Shown one piece after another: positions 152,299-162,755 of a DNA stretch of 248,000 bases. Within the stretch, counting starts at the first letter, position 1. Each line of letters begins with the position of its first letter. The notes under the pieces were generated by a model that was not told where the DNA came from, did not search any database, and saw nothing but the letters and a program-made list of their open reading frames with translations. The stretch spans positions 20,001 through 268,000 of the forward strand of contig NZ_JMCB01000013.1 of assembly GCF_000737315.1 (NCBI RefSeq). Direction: 5' to 3'. The translations under genes were made by a program, and so were the position numbers. The DNA is from Hyalangium minutum (GTDB lineage Bacteria; Myxococcota; Myxococcia; Myxococcales; Myxococcaceae).

Positions 152299-153387
152299 AT
152301 GGCCCTTCACGGCGACCTCTTCAGTTATCCGCTTCCTGAACTTCTGCAGTGGCTCGACGGCTCTCGCAAGACGGGGACGTTGCAGCTGTCCTGGGAGGCC
152401 GGGGAGCGCAAGATCTTCGTTCTCTCCGGCCAGGTGGTCGCCACCGCCAGCCGGGGGCTGCGTGAGCGCGTGGCCCGGCTCCTGGAGCTGGCCAAGCTGA
152501 GCTCGGGCAGCCGAGTGCTGGCCTCCTTCGAGGAGCTGCAGCGCACCCCGGATGTCGAGCAGGCCTTTGCCACTCACGGCGTGGACGTGCGCATGGTCCG
152601 GGAGATGGGGCGCGAGGAGCTCTTCAGCTCGATGATGGACCTGACCATCGCCGGGCGCGGCACGTTCCACTGGACGGAGGATGCGGACCGCACGGGCGAA
152701 GACTGGGTGCCCTCGGACATGAGCATCCGCGAGATGCTCTTCGAGTCCCTGCGCTGGGTGGACGAGCACGGGGATGTGGAGCAGGCGCTGCCCATCGACG
152801 CGATGAGCGTGCGGGCGGTGGCTCCGCCGAGCGCGAGCCAGCCGCTGTTGCACCGGGTGATCCTCACGCTGTGCGCCAACTCGCAGAACCTGGGGCGGCT
152901 GAGGCTGTCGATGGGGATGTCGCGATCGGCGGTGACGCGGCGGGTGTTCGATCTGCTGCGCTTGAAGCTGGTGGAGGTGGAGGGAGCGCCGCAGGTCGAG
153001 GCGGATCCGGTGGCGGAGATGCTGGAGAAGGGGCAGGTGTTGGTGCGTGAGGGACAGTACGACTCGGCGGGCATCATCTGCGCCTCGTTGCTGGCCAGTG
153101 ATCCGGCGGATCGGCGCGTGCGCGAGTTCGCCCGCATGGTCCAGCGCGAGCACGTGGCGGCCCTCTATGGGGAGCTGCCTCCGGTGGCGGTGCCGGTGCC
153201 GGTGCACGATCCGGAGGGCATGGCGCTGCTCAAGCCCGAGGAGCGTCAGATCGCCGGCCTGGTCAACGGCGGCTGGGATGTGTCGACCTTGGTGCTAGCC
153301 GTACCCGCGCGGGAGCTGGACACCCTGCGCACGTTGGCGAAGCTGGTGCGCATGGGCCTGGTGCAGCTCACCATGCCGATGCGCTGA
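152299..153387 (+). CDS. DUF4388 domain protein
   Basis: LHGDL..LPELLQWL..KTGTL. Confidence 0.8.
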   Translation: MALHGDLFSYPLPELLQWLDGSRKTGTLQLSWEAGERKIFVLSGQVVATASRGLRERVARLLELAKLSSGSRVLASFEELQRTPDVEQAFATHGVDVRMVREMGREELFSSMMDLTIAGRGTFHWTEDADRTGEDWVPSDMSIREMLFESLRWVDEHGDVEQALPIDAMSVRAVAPPSASQPLLHRVILTLCANSQNLGRLRLSMGMSRSAVTRRVFDLLRLKLVEVEGAPQVEADPVAEMLEKGQVLVREGQYDSAGIICASLLASDPADRRVREFARMVQREHVAALYGELPPVAVPVPVHDPEGMALLKPEERQIAGLVNGGWDVSTLVLAVPARELDTLRTLAKLVRMGLVQLTMPMR

Positions 153388-153434
153388 TCCAGGGCCTGTG
153401 ATGGAGGGAAGAGCGCGGCCCCAGCGCTGGCGGG

Positions 153435-153995
153435 CTATTGCAGGTGTGGAGCGCCCCCATCGGCTGAGGAGAGGCCCCCATCTGGACTGACAGTGGGGAC
153501 TCCCCCGTCTGCCTGTTCCGCCGGGCTCCTGGGCTTCCCTGCGTCCGGGACGCTGGGGCCCCAGGGAGCCTCAGGTTCAGTTCCGATGACCCGACGGAGA
153601 ATGCGGCCGTTGGTGCTGATGGCGTACTTCGCGCCCGTGTCCACGGAGATGTACTGCGGACCGCAGAAGTCAGGGTCCTCCATGATGCGGACAAAGATGA
153701 TGTCGTCCTGACGGATGATTCGATAGCGATATGCCTCCGGCCTCATCCAGCAGGGCCGGTTCTCGTTGTCCGAGGGGAGAAAGTCATGGACAGCGATGCT
153801 GAGGGCTCGGAGGAGCGTGCCATCCAGCTCGTACGGCTTCTGTCCGGCACCGACCGCCACCGCTGAGTCCGCGAAGAACGGTGGGAACGCAATGGACGGA
153901 TCGTTCTCCTGCGGGAGCTGGCGCGAGCCCGGGGACCGCGCACATCCCACGAGGATCAGGGCCGCAAGCCACAGGGACACGTTGGTCATCCGCAT
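153435..153995 (-). CDS. Hypothetical lipoprotein (partner of JAMM lipoprotein)
   Basis: Lipobox LVGC; overlaps region of upstream gene end. Confidence 0.68.
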   Translation of the reverse strand: MRMTNVSLWLAALILVGCARSPGSRQLPQENDPSIAFPPFFADSAVAVGAGQKPYELDGTLLRALSIAVHDFLPSDNENRPCWMRPEAYRYRIIRQDDIIFVRIMEDPDFCGPQYISVDTGAKYAISTNGRILRRVIGTEPEAPWGPSVPDAGKPRSPAEQADGGVPTVSPDGGLSSADGGAPHLQ

Positions 153996-154032
153996 GGGGC
154001 CCTCTCGACGCACGTTCCGCCGCAGCAGGTGA

Positions 154033-154788
154033 TTACTTCGCAGGAGCAAATTGGAAATCCGTCTCACTGGTCCAGTGGACGGTGCCGACGGGGGTCTTGT
154101 GCCACTGGCCTTGTGCATCCGGTGTCCATTTCAGCACCTCGGTGCTTCCGTGGCTGTACTCATAGAAGCCGTCGCACGAGAACGGTTCCGGTGGGTGAGC
154201 GTTCGAGATGAAGGCGACGATGCTGACAGGGACGACGCCTTGCTCCGTTTGAACAGAGCCGCCATGAATCCGGGCGATCTTCGCCACGGCAGCGATGTCT
154301 TCCTCCGAGATGTTGGTGGGCGTGGCGGGATGGTTGTGAAGGAAGTACAGGTATTGGAGGCTGCGAGGGGGATATCGCGGGTCCTCCACGAAGGCCGGGG
154401 CTCTGCAGCCCTTTTCGCCGTTGGCGCGAAGCGGCTCCGTGCTCTCCACGAGGTAGCTCAGCTCGTATTGGTGGGTTGGCGTGTAGTAGAGCCAGGCGCA
154501 GTACTCGTTTGATACGCGCCACCGCACAGGGAAACTCGTGTCATCCGAGCGCCCAGCCGTTGCGTTGCGCTGACCCAGGATGAGTGGGCAGGCCGCCAGC
154601 AGCGCATCCCAAGAGGTGGGGAACGGTCCCTGGCCTGGAAATGGGCCGGCTACGCTGGAAGGGATCTTCCCGGACTCAAAGCGCACAACGCCTGGAGGTG
154701 GCGGAGTGGGAACGCATCCCCAGGCCGCAAGAAGCCCCAGCAGGTAGGCCCAGAGTGGTCTCCCCACATGCATGGTCCTCTCCTGCAC
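154033..154788 (-). CDS. Lipoprotein with JAB/JAMM-like metal-binding motif
   Basis: AWGC lipobox; NEYCAW and HNHPATPTNISEED = H-x-H-x7-S-x2-D. Confidence 0.68.
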   Translation of the reverse strand: MQERTMHVGRPLWAYLLGLLAAWGCVPTPPPPGVVRFESGKIPSSVAGPFPGQGPFPTSWDALLAACPLILGQRNATAGRSDDTSFPVRWRVSNEYCAWLYYTPTHQYELSYLVESTEPLRANGEKGCRAPAFVEDPRYPPRSLQYLYFLHNHPATPTNISEEDIAAVAKIARIHGGSVQTEQGVVPVSIVAFISNAHPPEPFSCDGFYEYSHGSTEVLKWTPDAQGQWHKTPVGTVHWTSETDFQFAPAK

Positions 154789-154804
154789 TGATTGTAGGTG
154801 GACC

Positions 154805-155998
154805 TTACGCCGTCTCGGGGAGGCCCGCGGCGTTCAGCCGGGTGAAGACCTGCATCACGAGGTACAGCGCGAAGGCGGCGTCATCCACCCGCGCCGTGTC
154901 CACGTGGTTGGACAGCCCCTGCAGCCGCAGCAGGTCCGAGCCATCCACCCGCAGCAGGAAGCCCTGCTGTGCCAACGAGCCCTCTCCCGCCAACGCCAGG
155001 GCTCGCCGGACCGCGTCCACGCACGCTTTCACGCACTGGGCATACTGTCCGCTGGCGAATGCGGTCTCCGCCGCACGGGCGTGGTCGAACAGCTCTCCCG
155101 GCGCCAGCGCCGTCGCAGGCCCCATCGCCCGTTGGCCCGCCGTGCGAGGGACGGGCACCGCCGAGGAGTTCGGAGTCACCTCCATCCGAGCCGCAGGAGC
155201 CATGGCTGCCGCCACGATGGGCGCGGGCCCACCCGCCGAGGCCACCGCAGGCAGTGTCGTCGAGGAGGGCGGGTGCTGCCGGGGCGTCATCGCCGGAGGT
155301 TGCACTGCCTGCATCGTCTGGGACGGCCGCGTCGGCAGGTGCTGGCTCAGCTGCGCCTCCAGCCCTGCTCCCGGAGCCACAGGGCTCGGGGTCGGGCGGG
155401 GCGGGGGAACGATGCGCTTGGCCCGGAGATCCTTGATGACCAGCCGGGTGATGGCTTTGAGCGAGTCCAGCACCCCCTGGCCGCTCGTGGCCGAGGTCTC
155501 GAACTCAGGCGCGCCGCGCGCGTTCAGCGCCGCTCGCATCTGCTCCACGGGCATTGCCTTGTCGATGTCCCGCTTGTTCCACTGCATCACCAGCGGGAAC
155601 CGATCCAGCCGGATGCCCTGCTCGAGCAGGTTCTCCTCCAGGTTTTGCAGCGACTCGCGGTTGGAGTCCAACGCCTCCGGCTGCGAGTCCGCCACGAACA
155701 CCACCCCGTCCGCCCCCTGCAGCACCAGCTTGCGCGTGGCGTTGTAGAAGACCTGGCCCGGCACCGTGTACAGCGCCAGCCGCACGGAGCAGTCATTCAC
155801 CCGCTCCACCTTCACCGGCAGGAAGTCGAAGAAGAGGGTGCGGTCGCCCTCCGTGGCGATGGACATCATCTCGCCTCGGTGCGCCGGCCGGACCGTCTCG
155901 TAGATCTTCCGCAAGGTCGTCGTCTTGCCCGACAACCCCGGTCCGTAGAAAACGATCTTCGCGGCCACTTCGCGGGCCAACAGGTTCACGCTGCTCAC
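154805..155998 (-). CDS. MglA-like small GTPase with C-terminal extension
   Basis: YGPGLSGKTT, DRTLFFDF, TVPGQ, NKRD. Confidence 0.88.
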   Translation of the reverse strand: MSSVNLLAREVAAKIVFYGPGLSGKTTTLRKIYETVRPAHRGEMMSIATEGDRTLFFDFLPVKVERVNDCSVRLALYTVPGQVFYNATRKLVLQGADGVVFVADSQPEALDSNRESLQNLEENLLEQGIRLDRFPLVMQWNKRDIDKAMPVEQMRAALNARGAPEFETSATSGQGVLDSLKAITRLVIKDLRAKRIVPPPRPTPSPVAPGAGLEAQLSQHLPTRPSQTMQAVQPPAMTPRQHPPSSTTLPAVASAGGPAPIVAAAMAPAARMEVTPNSSAVPVPRTAGQRAMGPATALAPGELFDHARAAETAFASGQYAQCVKACVDAVRRALALAGEGSLAQQGFLLRVDGSDLLRLQGLSNHVDTARVDDAAFALYLVMQVFTRLNAAGLPETA

Positions 155999-157176
155999 GG
156001 TGTAAGCTTACCTAGAACGACTCTGCGTCTCGCGCCAGTCGCCGACGGTACATTCGCTGGGGTCCCCAGCAGGTGCTCGGCCGCCAGCAAGGCAAAGCAG
156101 GCGGCTTCCTTGGCTCCTTCGGGAAACCCCAGGGTGTCCAGCGGCTTCACCGGCACAGGCCCCAGCCGCGCCGTGAACCGCTCCATCAGCGCCGGATTTC
156201 GGCTTCCTCCTCCAGAGACGTACACCGCCTCCAAGGACTTGAAACGGGGGAGGACGTAGGCCTCGTAGGCCCGCGCCGTGGCCTCCACCGTGAAAGCCAG
156301 CGCCGTGGCCAGCAGATCCGCCGGACGATCCGGGGACTGCTCCCAGAGGAAGGACACCAGCGCCTCGCCAAACCCCTCGCGCCCCGCGCTCCGAGGCGGC
156401 GGCAGGGCGAAGAACGGGTGCGTCAGCAGGTCCGCCAGCAGCGCCGGGATGGGCTTGCCCTGCCGAGACAGCTGCCCGTCCAAGTCACACTGGAGCTTGC
156501 CCCCCGTCATCCGCCGCGCCAGCCCGTCCAGCACCATGTTGCCCGGGCCCGTGTCGAAGGCGAGCACGTCGTCCAGCCGCTCGCCCACCACGCTCACGTT
156601 GGCGATGCCACCAATGTTCTGGAACGCTCGCACCGCCCCCGGCTGCCGGAACACCGCCCAGTCGAAGTAGGGCACCAGCGGCGCCCCCTGGCCCCCTGCG
156701 GCCATGTCCCGTGTACGGAAGTCACTCACCACAGGGATGCCCAGGCGCTCGGCGATGACGGAGGCTTCGCCCAGCTGCAGGGTGGAGGGCGTGGTGGAGA
156801 GGCTCGTGGGCAGGTGCGCCATCGTCTGCCCGTGCGAGCCGATCACATCCACGTCCCCGTTGCGCAGGCCCGCGCGGGTGATGACGGCCTGGGCCGCCTC
156901 TGCGAAGCGCTCGCCCAGCTCGAAGTTGAGCTCACAGAGCGAGCGCGCATCCTGCGGCCCGAGCACGCGCTGGATGAACTCCGGCGGGAACGGGCGGGAG
157001 ACGTGCGTCAGCAGCTTCAGCGTCACGGAGGGGCCCGTGCCCTCGATCTTGCAGAGCACCGCCTCCACCGCGTCCACGCTCGTGCCAGAGATCAGCCCCA
157101 CACAGAGGCGAGGGCGGCTCGGGTCGGCGGGGGAGCGAGGGGGGCGCATGGTCCGATTGTAAGCCCCCGGGCTCAC
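155995..157176 (-). CDS. anmK: Anhydro-N-acetylmuramic acid kinase
   Basis: GLISGTSVD, GSHGQT, GGQGAPL, DTGPGN, KEA. Confidence 0.95.
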   Translation of the reverse strand: MSPGAYNRTMRPPRSPADPSRPRLCVGLISGTSVDAVEAVLCKIEGTGPSVTLKLLTHVSRPFPPEFIQRVLGPQDARSLCELNFELGERFAEAAQAVITRAGLRNGDVDVIGSHGQTMAHLPTSLSTTPSTLQLGEASVIAERLGIPVVSDFRTRDMAAGGQGAPLVPYFDWAVFRQPGAVRAFQNIGGIANVSVVGERLDDVLAFDTGPGNMVLDGLARRMTGGKLQCDLDGQLSRQGKPIPALLADLLTHPFFALPPPRSAGREGFGEALVSFLWEQSPDRPADLLATALAFTVEATARAYEAYVLPRFKSLEAVYVSGGGSRNPALMERFTARLGPVPVKPLDTLGFPEGAKEAACFALLAAEHLLGTPANVPSATGARRRVVLGKLTP

Positions 157177-157252
157177 GCTGGCCCGGAAACAGTGGATGCG
157201 CGAAGGGAGGGGGGCTGAGTGCTCGCCAAAACGGACGGGGCGTGAGAGCAGG

Positions 157253-157888
157253 CTACCGGTTGCAGGCCTGATCCATGCCGCCCTCGCAGGCCTTCTGGAA
157301 CAGCTCGACGGCGCGCTTCGGATCCGCCGTCACGCCACGGCCTTTCTCGTAGAAGAGGCCGAGGTTGAAGCAGGCACCGGCCTCACCTGTCGCGCAGGAT
157401 TGCTCGAAGATCTTGGCGGCGCGGCTGTCGTCCTGCGTCACACCCCGGCCCTGGGCATACAAGGCGCCGAGGTTGGTGCAGCCCCGGCTCGCACCCAAAG
157501 TGCAGGCCTTGTCGAAGAGCAGGGCGGCGTGGCCGTCGTCGCGCGTCACGCCGCTGCCCTGCACATAGAGGATGCCCAGGTTGGTGCAGCCGCGGGCGTC
157601 ATCGCCATCGCAGGCCTTCTCGAAGAGCGGGGCGGCGCGGCTGTCATCCTTCTCCACGCCCACGCCCTCCCAGTAGCTGACGCCCAGTTGGTAGCAGCCC
157701 TCCTTGTCGCCGGCCGCGCAGGCCTTCTCGCGATCAACAAAGGTCGGCTGGGCGGGCGTGACGGCGGTGGCGTCGTGCACTGCGGAGGGAGCGGCGGCGG
157801 CGGGCTTGCTCGTGGCGCAGCCTCCAAGTCCCACTGCGAGCGCGCAGATTCCGAGCATGAGGGCTGAAGCGTAGGGCGACGGTGACAT
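157253..157888 (-). CDS. Sel1-repeat lipoprotein
   Basis: LGGC lipobox; four C..LG..Y..G.GV repeats. Confidence 0.85.
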   Translation of the reverse strand: MSPSPYASALMLGICALAVGLGGCATSKPAAAAPSAVHDATAVTPAQPTFVDREKACAAGDKEGCYQLGVSYWEGVGVEKDDSRAAPLFEKACDGDDARGCTNLGILYVQGSGVTRDDGHAALLFDKACTLGASRGCTNLGALYAQGRGVTQDDSRAAKIFEQSCATGEAGACFNLGLFYEKGRGVTADPKRAVELFQKACEGGMDQACNR

Positions 157889-157905
157889 GACTGCCTCCTG
157901 GGGGC

Positions 157906-158832
157906 TCACGGCGTGCGTCGGGGTTTGGACTTCTGCTGCTCGAGGGTTCGCAGGGAGTCGCGCTGGAGCCGTGCTTGCGCCTCTTCCCGGCCCAACCCGG
158001 TGAAGTGCATCGCGAGCGCCGTCTTCACAGAGCCGCCCGCGGTGCTCAGCAGCCGTCGCGCCCGTGCGAGGGGCAGCTCCGTCAGCTCCGCCACCATGCG
158101 CACGGCACGCGCTTGGAGCTTCGCGTTGGCCGGGCGCACGTCCACCATCCGCCCGCGGTACACCTTGCCCAGCGAGACGAAGGCCGCCGTGGTGAGCGCA
158201 TTGAGGATCAACTTGGTGGCGGTGCCCGCCTTGAGCCGCGTGGAGCCCGCCACCAGCTCCGGGCCCGTCACCGCCAGGATCAGGATGTCTACCTGGAGCC
158301 GAGGCCCAGGAGGGTTACAGCACACGAGCACCGTCCGCGCTCCCCGTCGCCGCGCCTCGGCCAGCGCCCCGAGCACATAGGGCGTGGATGCACTGGCGGA
158401 GATGCCGCACACCACGTCCTTGGGGCCCGCGCGGAACCGGCGCACGGACTGAGCGCCTGCGGCCGGATCATCCTCGGCGCCTTCCACGGCGCGAGTCAGC
158501 GCCCGGTGGCCTCCGGCGATAACGGCCTGGACCTGGGAGGGAGGAGAACCAAACGTCGGCGGGCACTCACTGGCGTCGAGCACGCCGAGTCGCCCGCTGG
158601 TGCCAGCGCCCACGTAGAGCAGCCGGCCCCCGGCCCGCAACGCATCCGCTACGGCCCGCGCTGCTTCCGCTACGGACGGGAGCGCGCTGCGGACCGCTCG
158701 GACGGCAGCCAGGTCTTCCTGATGCATCCGGCGGACGAGGGCCTCGACAGAGAGGAGGTCCAGCTCGTCCGCGCGGGGATGAAGCCGCTCAGTGGGCGGG
158801 AGCGCGAGCGGAGTCGAACGCGGCCTTCCCAC
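157906..158832 (-). CDS. murQ: N-acetylmuramic acid 6-phosphate etherase
   Basis: GAGTSGRLG.LDASECPPTF, GSTRLKAGTATK. Confidence 0.95.
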   Translation of the reverse strand: MGRPRSTPLALPPTERLHPRADELDLLSVEALVRRMHQEDLAAVRAVRSALPSVAEAARAVADALRAGGRLLYVGAGTSGRLGVLDASECPPTFGSPPSQVQAVIAGGHRALTRAVEGAEDDPAAGAQSVRRFRAGPKDVVCGISASASTPYVLGALAEARRRGARTVLVCCNPPGPRLQVDILILAVTGPELVAGSTRLKAGTATKLILNALTTAAFVSLGKVYRGRMVDVRPANAKLQARAVRMVAELTELPLARARRLLSTAGGSVKTALAMHFTGLGREEAQARLQRDSLRTLEQQKSKPRRTP

Positions 158833-158849
158833 CCTCGAGCGCTCGGCGA

Positions 158850-159041
158850 TCAGGCGGCCTTGGTGATCTTGCCCGCCTTGATGCAGCGGGTGCAGGCCAG
158901 GACGCGCTCGGTACGGCCCTCAACGCTGGCCCGGATCTTCTGGAGGTTCGGCAGCGTCCGCTTCTTGGTCTTGTTGTTCGCGTGGGAGACGTTGTTGCCC
159001 ACGAGCGGCCGCTTCCCACAGATGTCACACTTCCACGCCAT
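158850..159041 (-). CDS. rpmB: 50S ribosomal protein L28
   Basis: [32 protein letters not shown]. Confidence 0.95.
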   Translation of the reverse strand: MAWKCDICGKRPLVGNNVSHANNKTKKRTLPNLQKIRASVEGRTERVLACTRCIKAGKITKAA

Positions 159042-159142
159042 GACAGCCAACTCCTTGAAAACAGGGGCTTTACAGGCTCTGCCCCGAAAAGAGCGGCGGA
159101 ACCTACCAGAAATCCCCTGAAAATCCAGCCGATCCGTTGGGC

Positions 159143-160654
159143 CTACCCCGCCGTGGGGGTCTTCTTCTTGAGCATTTCCTGCACGAGCCGCGCGGCGCGC
159201 ATCCCCGCGAGGAACTCGCCCTCCAGGCCCAGGCCAGGGAGCACCTCGCGGCCGGCGAGGAGGATGTTCTTCGCCGGCGTGCGCTGCTTCAAACCCGTGA
159301 CGCCCAGGAAGGCTTCCGCCTCGAAGGTGTAGAGGGGGTGGGGCATGAGCCTGCTGCCTCGCACGCCGCCAGCGTCCAAGTACGGCGCCGAGCGCAGCAC
159401 CCGGTGGGGCAGGGTGAAGGGCATCAGCGTCTCCAGCTCCTTGTCGATGCGCTGCGCAAGGACTTGCATGTGCTCTTCGCCCAGATCCCTCACGGAGGCG
159501 GGCACGAACGCGGCGGCGCAGACCACGCGGAGGGACTCGTCCTCCTGGCCCGACGGGGTGCGCGCCGGGTGGACCTGGATCAGCAGCGGCCGGAGCTCCA
159601 CGTCCTCGCTCTCCACGAGGAGCAGCTCGCCCATGCCTCGGGGCAGGGCGTTCGCGGGGACCACCCAGTTCACCGCGAAGAGCAGGGAGCGGTTGGTGGA
159701 GGCATCCAGGTGCTCGAGCAGGCTGCGGTGCCGCTTGCGGTCGGTGATGAGCCGCCGCAGCGCGCTCGAGTCCATGGCCGACACCAGGCACGAGGCCCGG
159801 TAGACGACGTCCGAGCGCACCAACTTCACGCCGGAGAAGCGCGCCCCATCGAAGGTGATCTCCTCGACGACGTAGCTGTCCGAGTTCTCGCGGGTGAGCA
159901 CGTCGCCGCCCAGCTCGGAGAGCCGCTTGACGATCATCTCGCGCAGGCCCTCGTTTCCGCCGGGGAAGCGCTGGGGAGACTGGAGCGCCTGGGACAAGGG
160001 GCGGGTGAGCGACAGGGGCGAGGAGGCCTCGTCCAGGTGGATCAGGAAGGGCAGCAGGCCCCGCAGCAGGGCGCCGGGCGGGGTGTTGTTGGACAGGCGC
160101 GGGTGTTTCTCCAGGCCCTCGTGCTGGCCGATCTTCTTTTTCAGGCCCCACGCCTCGAAGAAGCCATCCGGGGGCAGGTTGGGCTGCTCCTTGAGGAAGG
160201 CGTTGCTCTCTTCGTGCTGGGAGGCGGTGGTGGTGAGGGCAGCGAAGAGGCCCTCGGCCGCGTCACCGAACTCGCGGACCAGCTCGGCGCGACGGCGCGC
160301 AGGATCGGGCTGCAGATCCACCCGGTGGCGGGGCAGGACGAGCTGCAGCTCGGGCTGGTGCGGGCGCAGGGAGCGCTGGACGGTGGTGGTGAGGCCCAGC
160401 TCAGTGAAGGCCTCCTCCACGAGGGGCATCGCCTTGAGCGGGGGCGTGATGGAGGGTCCGTAGGGGAGCACATAGCCGCCGTGCTCGTAGCCAGTGCCGG
160501 TGCCGTCATGGTCGATGAGCAGCACACGGTGCTTGCGCTTGGCCAGGAGCGCGGCCGTGAGGGCTCCGCCCAGTTGGCTGCCCACGACGATGGCGTCGTA
160601 GACGTGCCGGGAGGGACCCGAGGGAACCTGGAGTCTGGCGGGCTGGGTGGCCAT
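159143..160654 (-). CDS. FAD/NAD(P)-dependent oxidoreductase (phytoene desaturase-like)
   Basis: [12 protein letters not shown]; NILLAG..PGLG.EG. Confidence 0.72.
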   Translation of the reverse strand: MATQPARLQVPSGPSRHVYDAIVVGSQLGGALTAALLAKRKHRVLLIDHDGTGTGYEHGGYVLPYGPSITPPLKAMPLVEEAFTELGLTTTVQRSLRPHQPELQLVLPRHRVDLQPDPARRRAELVREFGDAAEGLFAALTTTASQHEESNAFLKEQPNLPPDGFFEAWGLKKKIGQHEGLEKHPRLSNNTPPGALLRGLLPFLIHLDEASSPLSLTRPLSQALQSPQRFPGGNEGLREMIVKRLSELGGDVLTRENSDSYVVEEITFDGARFSGVKLVRSDVVYRASCLVSAMDSSALRRLITDRKRHRSLLEHLDASTNRSLLFAVNWVVPANALPRGMGELLLVESEDVELRPLLIQVHPARTPSGQEDESLRVVCAAAFVPASVRDLGEEHMQVLAQRIDKELETLMPFTLPHRVLRSAPYLDAGGVRGSRLMPHPLYTFEAEAFLGVTGLKQRTPAKNILLAGREVLPGLGLEGEFLAGMRAARLVQEMLKKKTPTAG

Positions 160655-160818
160655 TCGGGGGGCACACTACACAACGTCCCGGCTCCTGGCGCCTTTCTGA
160701 TGCGCGGACCTGTCGGGTGCCCTGCGAGTCCGGGTGGGGCCTCAGGGCCTTGGACTGGGGGCGGAGTCCCGCCGGTTGTGCGCTCAGTAGGGGCAAGGGT
160801 GGGAGCGCGCGGGCGGGG

Positions 160819-161511
160819 TCAGACGGCGCGCGCCGCCGCGATCAGGAGCCGGGCCTCCAGATCGGGCGGGAGGGTGGCGAAGTCTGGAGCCACCCACTGG
160901 GCGCCTGCCTCGCGGAGCACCTCGGGGGGCGTGGTGCTGGTGATGCCCACCGCGGCCATGCCCGCCGCGCGTGCCGCGATGATGCCGTTCACCGCATCCT
161001 CGAAGACGACGCACGAGGCGGGATCGACATCGAGCGCCTTGGCTGCGGCCAGGAAGATGTCCGGCGCGGGCTTGCCCCGGACCACCTCTTCGGCGCCGAC
161101 GACGCGCGCGAACAGCGAGCGGATGCCGAGCCCATCAAGCACCAGTGCACGGTTTCCCGTGGGGGCAGCGGTGGCGACGGCCAGCCGGGCCCCCGCGCTT
161201 CGCAGGCGGGCGATGAAGGCCTCGGCGCCTCTCATGAGCGATAGGTGGGGCTTATAGAGCTGGCGGTAGTGGGTCTCCTTCTCCTCGGCCAGCTGGTTCA
161301 GTTCTTCGGCAGAGAGGGGACGGCCCAGCAGGATGGGGAGGATCTCCTCGTTCTTCTTGCCCGCGAACTCGCGCTCGAACCGCTCGGCGGTGGCGTCGAT
161401 GCCGAGGCGCTGCGAGAGGGACACCCAGGCCTCGGAGTGGAAGCGCATGTTGTCGACGAGGGTGCCATCCATGTCGAAGATGGCGGCGTGCAGAAGTGTA
161501 GGCGCGATCAT
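160819..161511 (-). CDS. HAD family phosphatase
   Basis: FDMDGTL, GKPAPD, FEDA. Confidence 0.9.
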   Translation of the reverse strand: MIAPTLLHAAIFDMDGTLVDNMRFHSEAWVSLSQRLGIDATAERFEREFAGKKNEEILPILLGRPLSAEELNQLAEEKETHYRQLYKPHLSLMRGAEAFIARLRSAGARLAVATAAPTGNRALVLDGLGIRSLFARVVGAEEVVRGKPAPDIFLAAAKALDVDPASCVVFEDAVNGIIAARAAGMAAVGITSTTPPEVLREAGAQWVAPDFATLPPDLEARLLIAAARAV

Positions 161512-161604
161512 GTCTCCTGAATTATCGCGTCCCGCGCCAGGATGGGATCGGGAAGCGCACGGAGGTGTCTGTCTGCTTGAGTGGGAGGAGGCCAGACCCG
161601 TGCC

Positions 161605-162096
161605 TCACAGCTCCTCGTCACTGAGGATGATGACCCCAGCGGAGTGGAGCAGGGCGGCTGTGACGCCTCGGCCCCGGACCACCTGGCCGTTCACGTGCGT
161701 GCCTTGGCTGCCGCATGAAGGGCTGCGCTCCTTGAGCACGGCCACCTTCACTCCGAAGCGCTTTACCGCCTCCAGGGCCAGCTCCGCGCCGTAGCGGAAC
161801 GCGGCTGTCCGGTCATCGCCCGTCGCGGCCACCACCGCCTGGGCCTGGCCCGCCAGCACCGCCTCTCCCGTGCCTCCGCGCAGCTCCACCGCGGGCCTCG
161901 GAATGCCCAGGCCCGCGCCCGTCTCCGGGCACACGGGCACGAGCTCCTTGCCCTCCAGTGCCCGCATCACCGGGTTCGAGCCTTTCGACTTCCCGTCGTA
162001 CCGGCAGGCTTCACCGAATAGGCACGCACTCACCAGCACCACCGAAGCCTCGCGCAGCGCCGCTAGCCGCTCCTCTTGCGTCAGCTCCACAGTCAT
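161605..162096 (-). CDS. DUF523 family protein
   Basis: VSACL.G..CRYDG, VCPE..GL.IPR, SPSCG. Confidence 0.88.
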   Translation of the reverse strand: MTVELTQEERLAALREASVVLVSACLFGEACRYDGKSKGSNPVMRALEGKELVPVCPETGAGLGIPRPAVELRGGTGEAVLAGQAQAVVAATGDDRTAAFRYGAELALEAVKRFGVKVAVLKERSPSCGSQGTHVNGQVVRGRGVTAALLHSAGVIILSDEEL

Positions 162097-162755
162097 GGCG
162101 CCCCAGGGCTCCGCAGGCTCTGCTCGCTTCCCGTGACTTGCGCGGCCACCCGCGTTCCAGTCCCTTCCAGCGTCACCTTCCCCGTCACCACCAGACGCAC
162201 CGCCAGCGGGTAGAGCTTATGCTCCTCCGCGAGGATGCGCGCGCTCAGGCTTGCTTCGTCATCCCCTGGCAGCACCGGCACCGCCGCCTGCGCGATGATC
162301 GGCCCCGTGTCCGTGCCCGCGTCCACGAAGTGCACCGTGCATCCGGCGATCTTCACCCCGCGTTCCAGCGCCTGCCTTTGGGCATGCAGCCCCGTGAACG
162401 CTGGTAGCAGGGAAGGGTGGATGTTCAACACTCGCCCCGGAAATCTCGCCAGGAAGTCCGCGCTCACCAGCCGCATGAAGCCCGCCAGACACACCCACTC
162501 CACGCCCGCCTTCTCCAGCTCATCCCCGAGCGCCCGCTCGAAGTCCGCCCGCGAGCCGAACGCATTGTGATCCAGCGCCACCGCGGGCACTCCCGCCTTG
162601 CGCGCCCGCTCCAGCCCGAACGCGGTGGGCACGTTGGACACCACGCACACCACCTGCGCCGGGAAGTCCGCCTGCGCGCACGCGTCCAGCAGCGCCTGCA
162701 GGTTGCTCCCGCTGCCGGAGATCAGCACCGCCAGCCGGGCTCGCCCGCCGCTCAT
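162093..162755 (-). CDS. purN: Phosphoribosylglycinamide formyltransferase
   Basis: [30 protein letters not shown]. Confidence 0.96.
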   Translation of the reverse strand: MSGGRARLAVLISGSGSNLQALLDACAQADFPAQVVCVVSNVPTAFGLERARKAGVPAVALDHNAFGSRADFERALGDELEKAGVEWVCLAGFMRLVSADFLARFPGRVLNIHPSLLPAFTGLHAQRQALERGVKIAGCTVHFVDAGTDTGPIIAQAAVPVLPGDDEASLSARILAEEHKLYPLAVRLVVTGKVTLEGTGTRVAAQVTGSEQSLRSPGAP

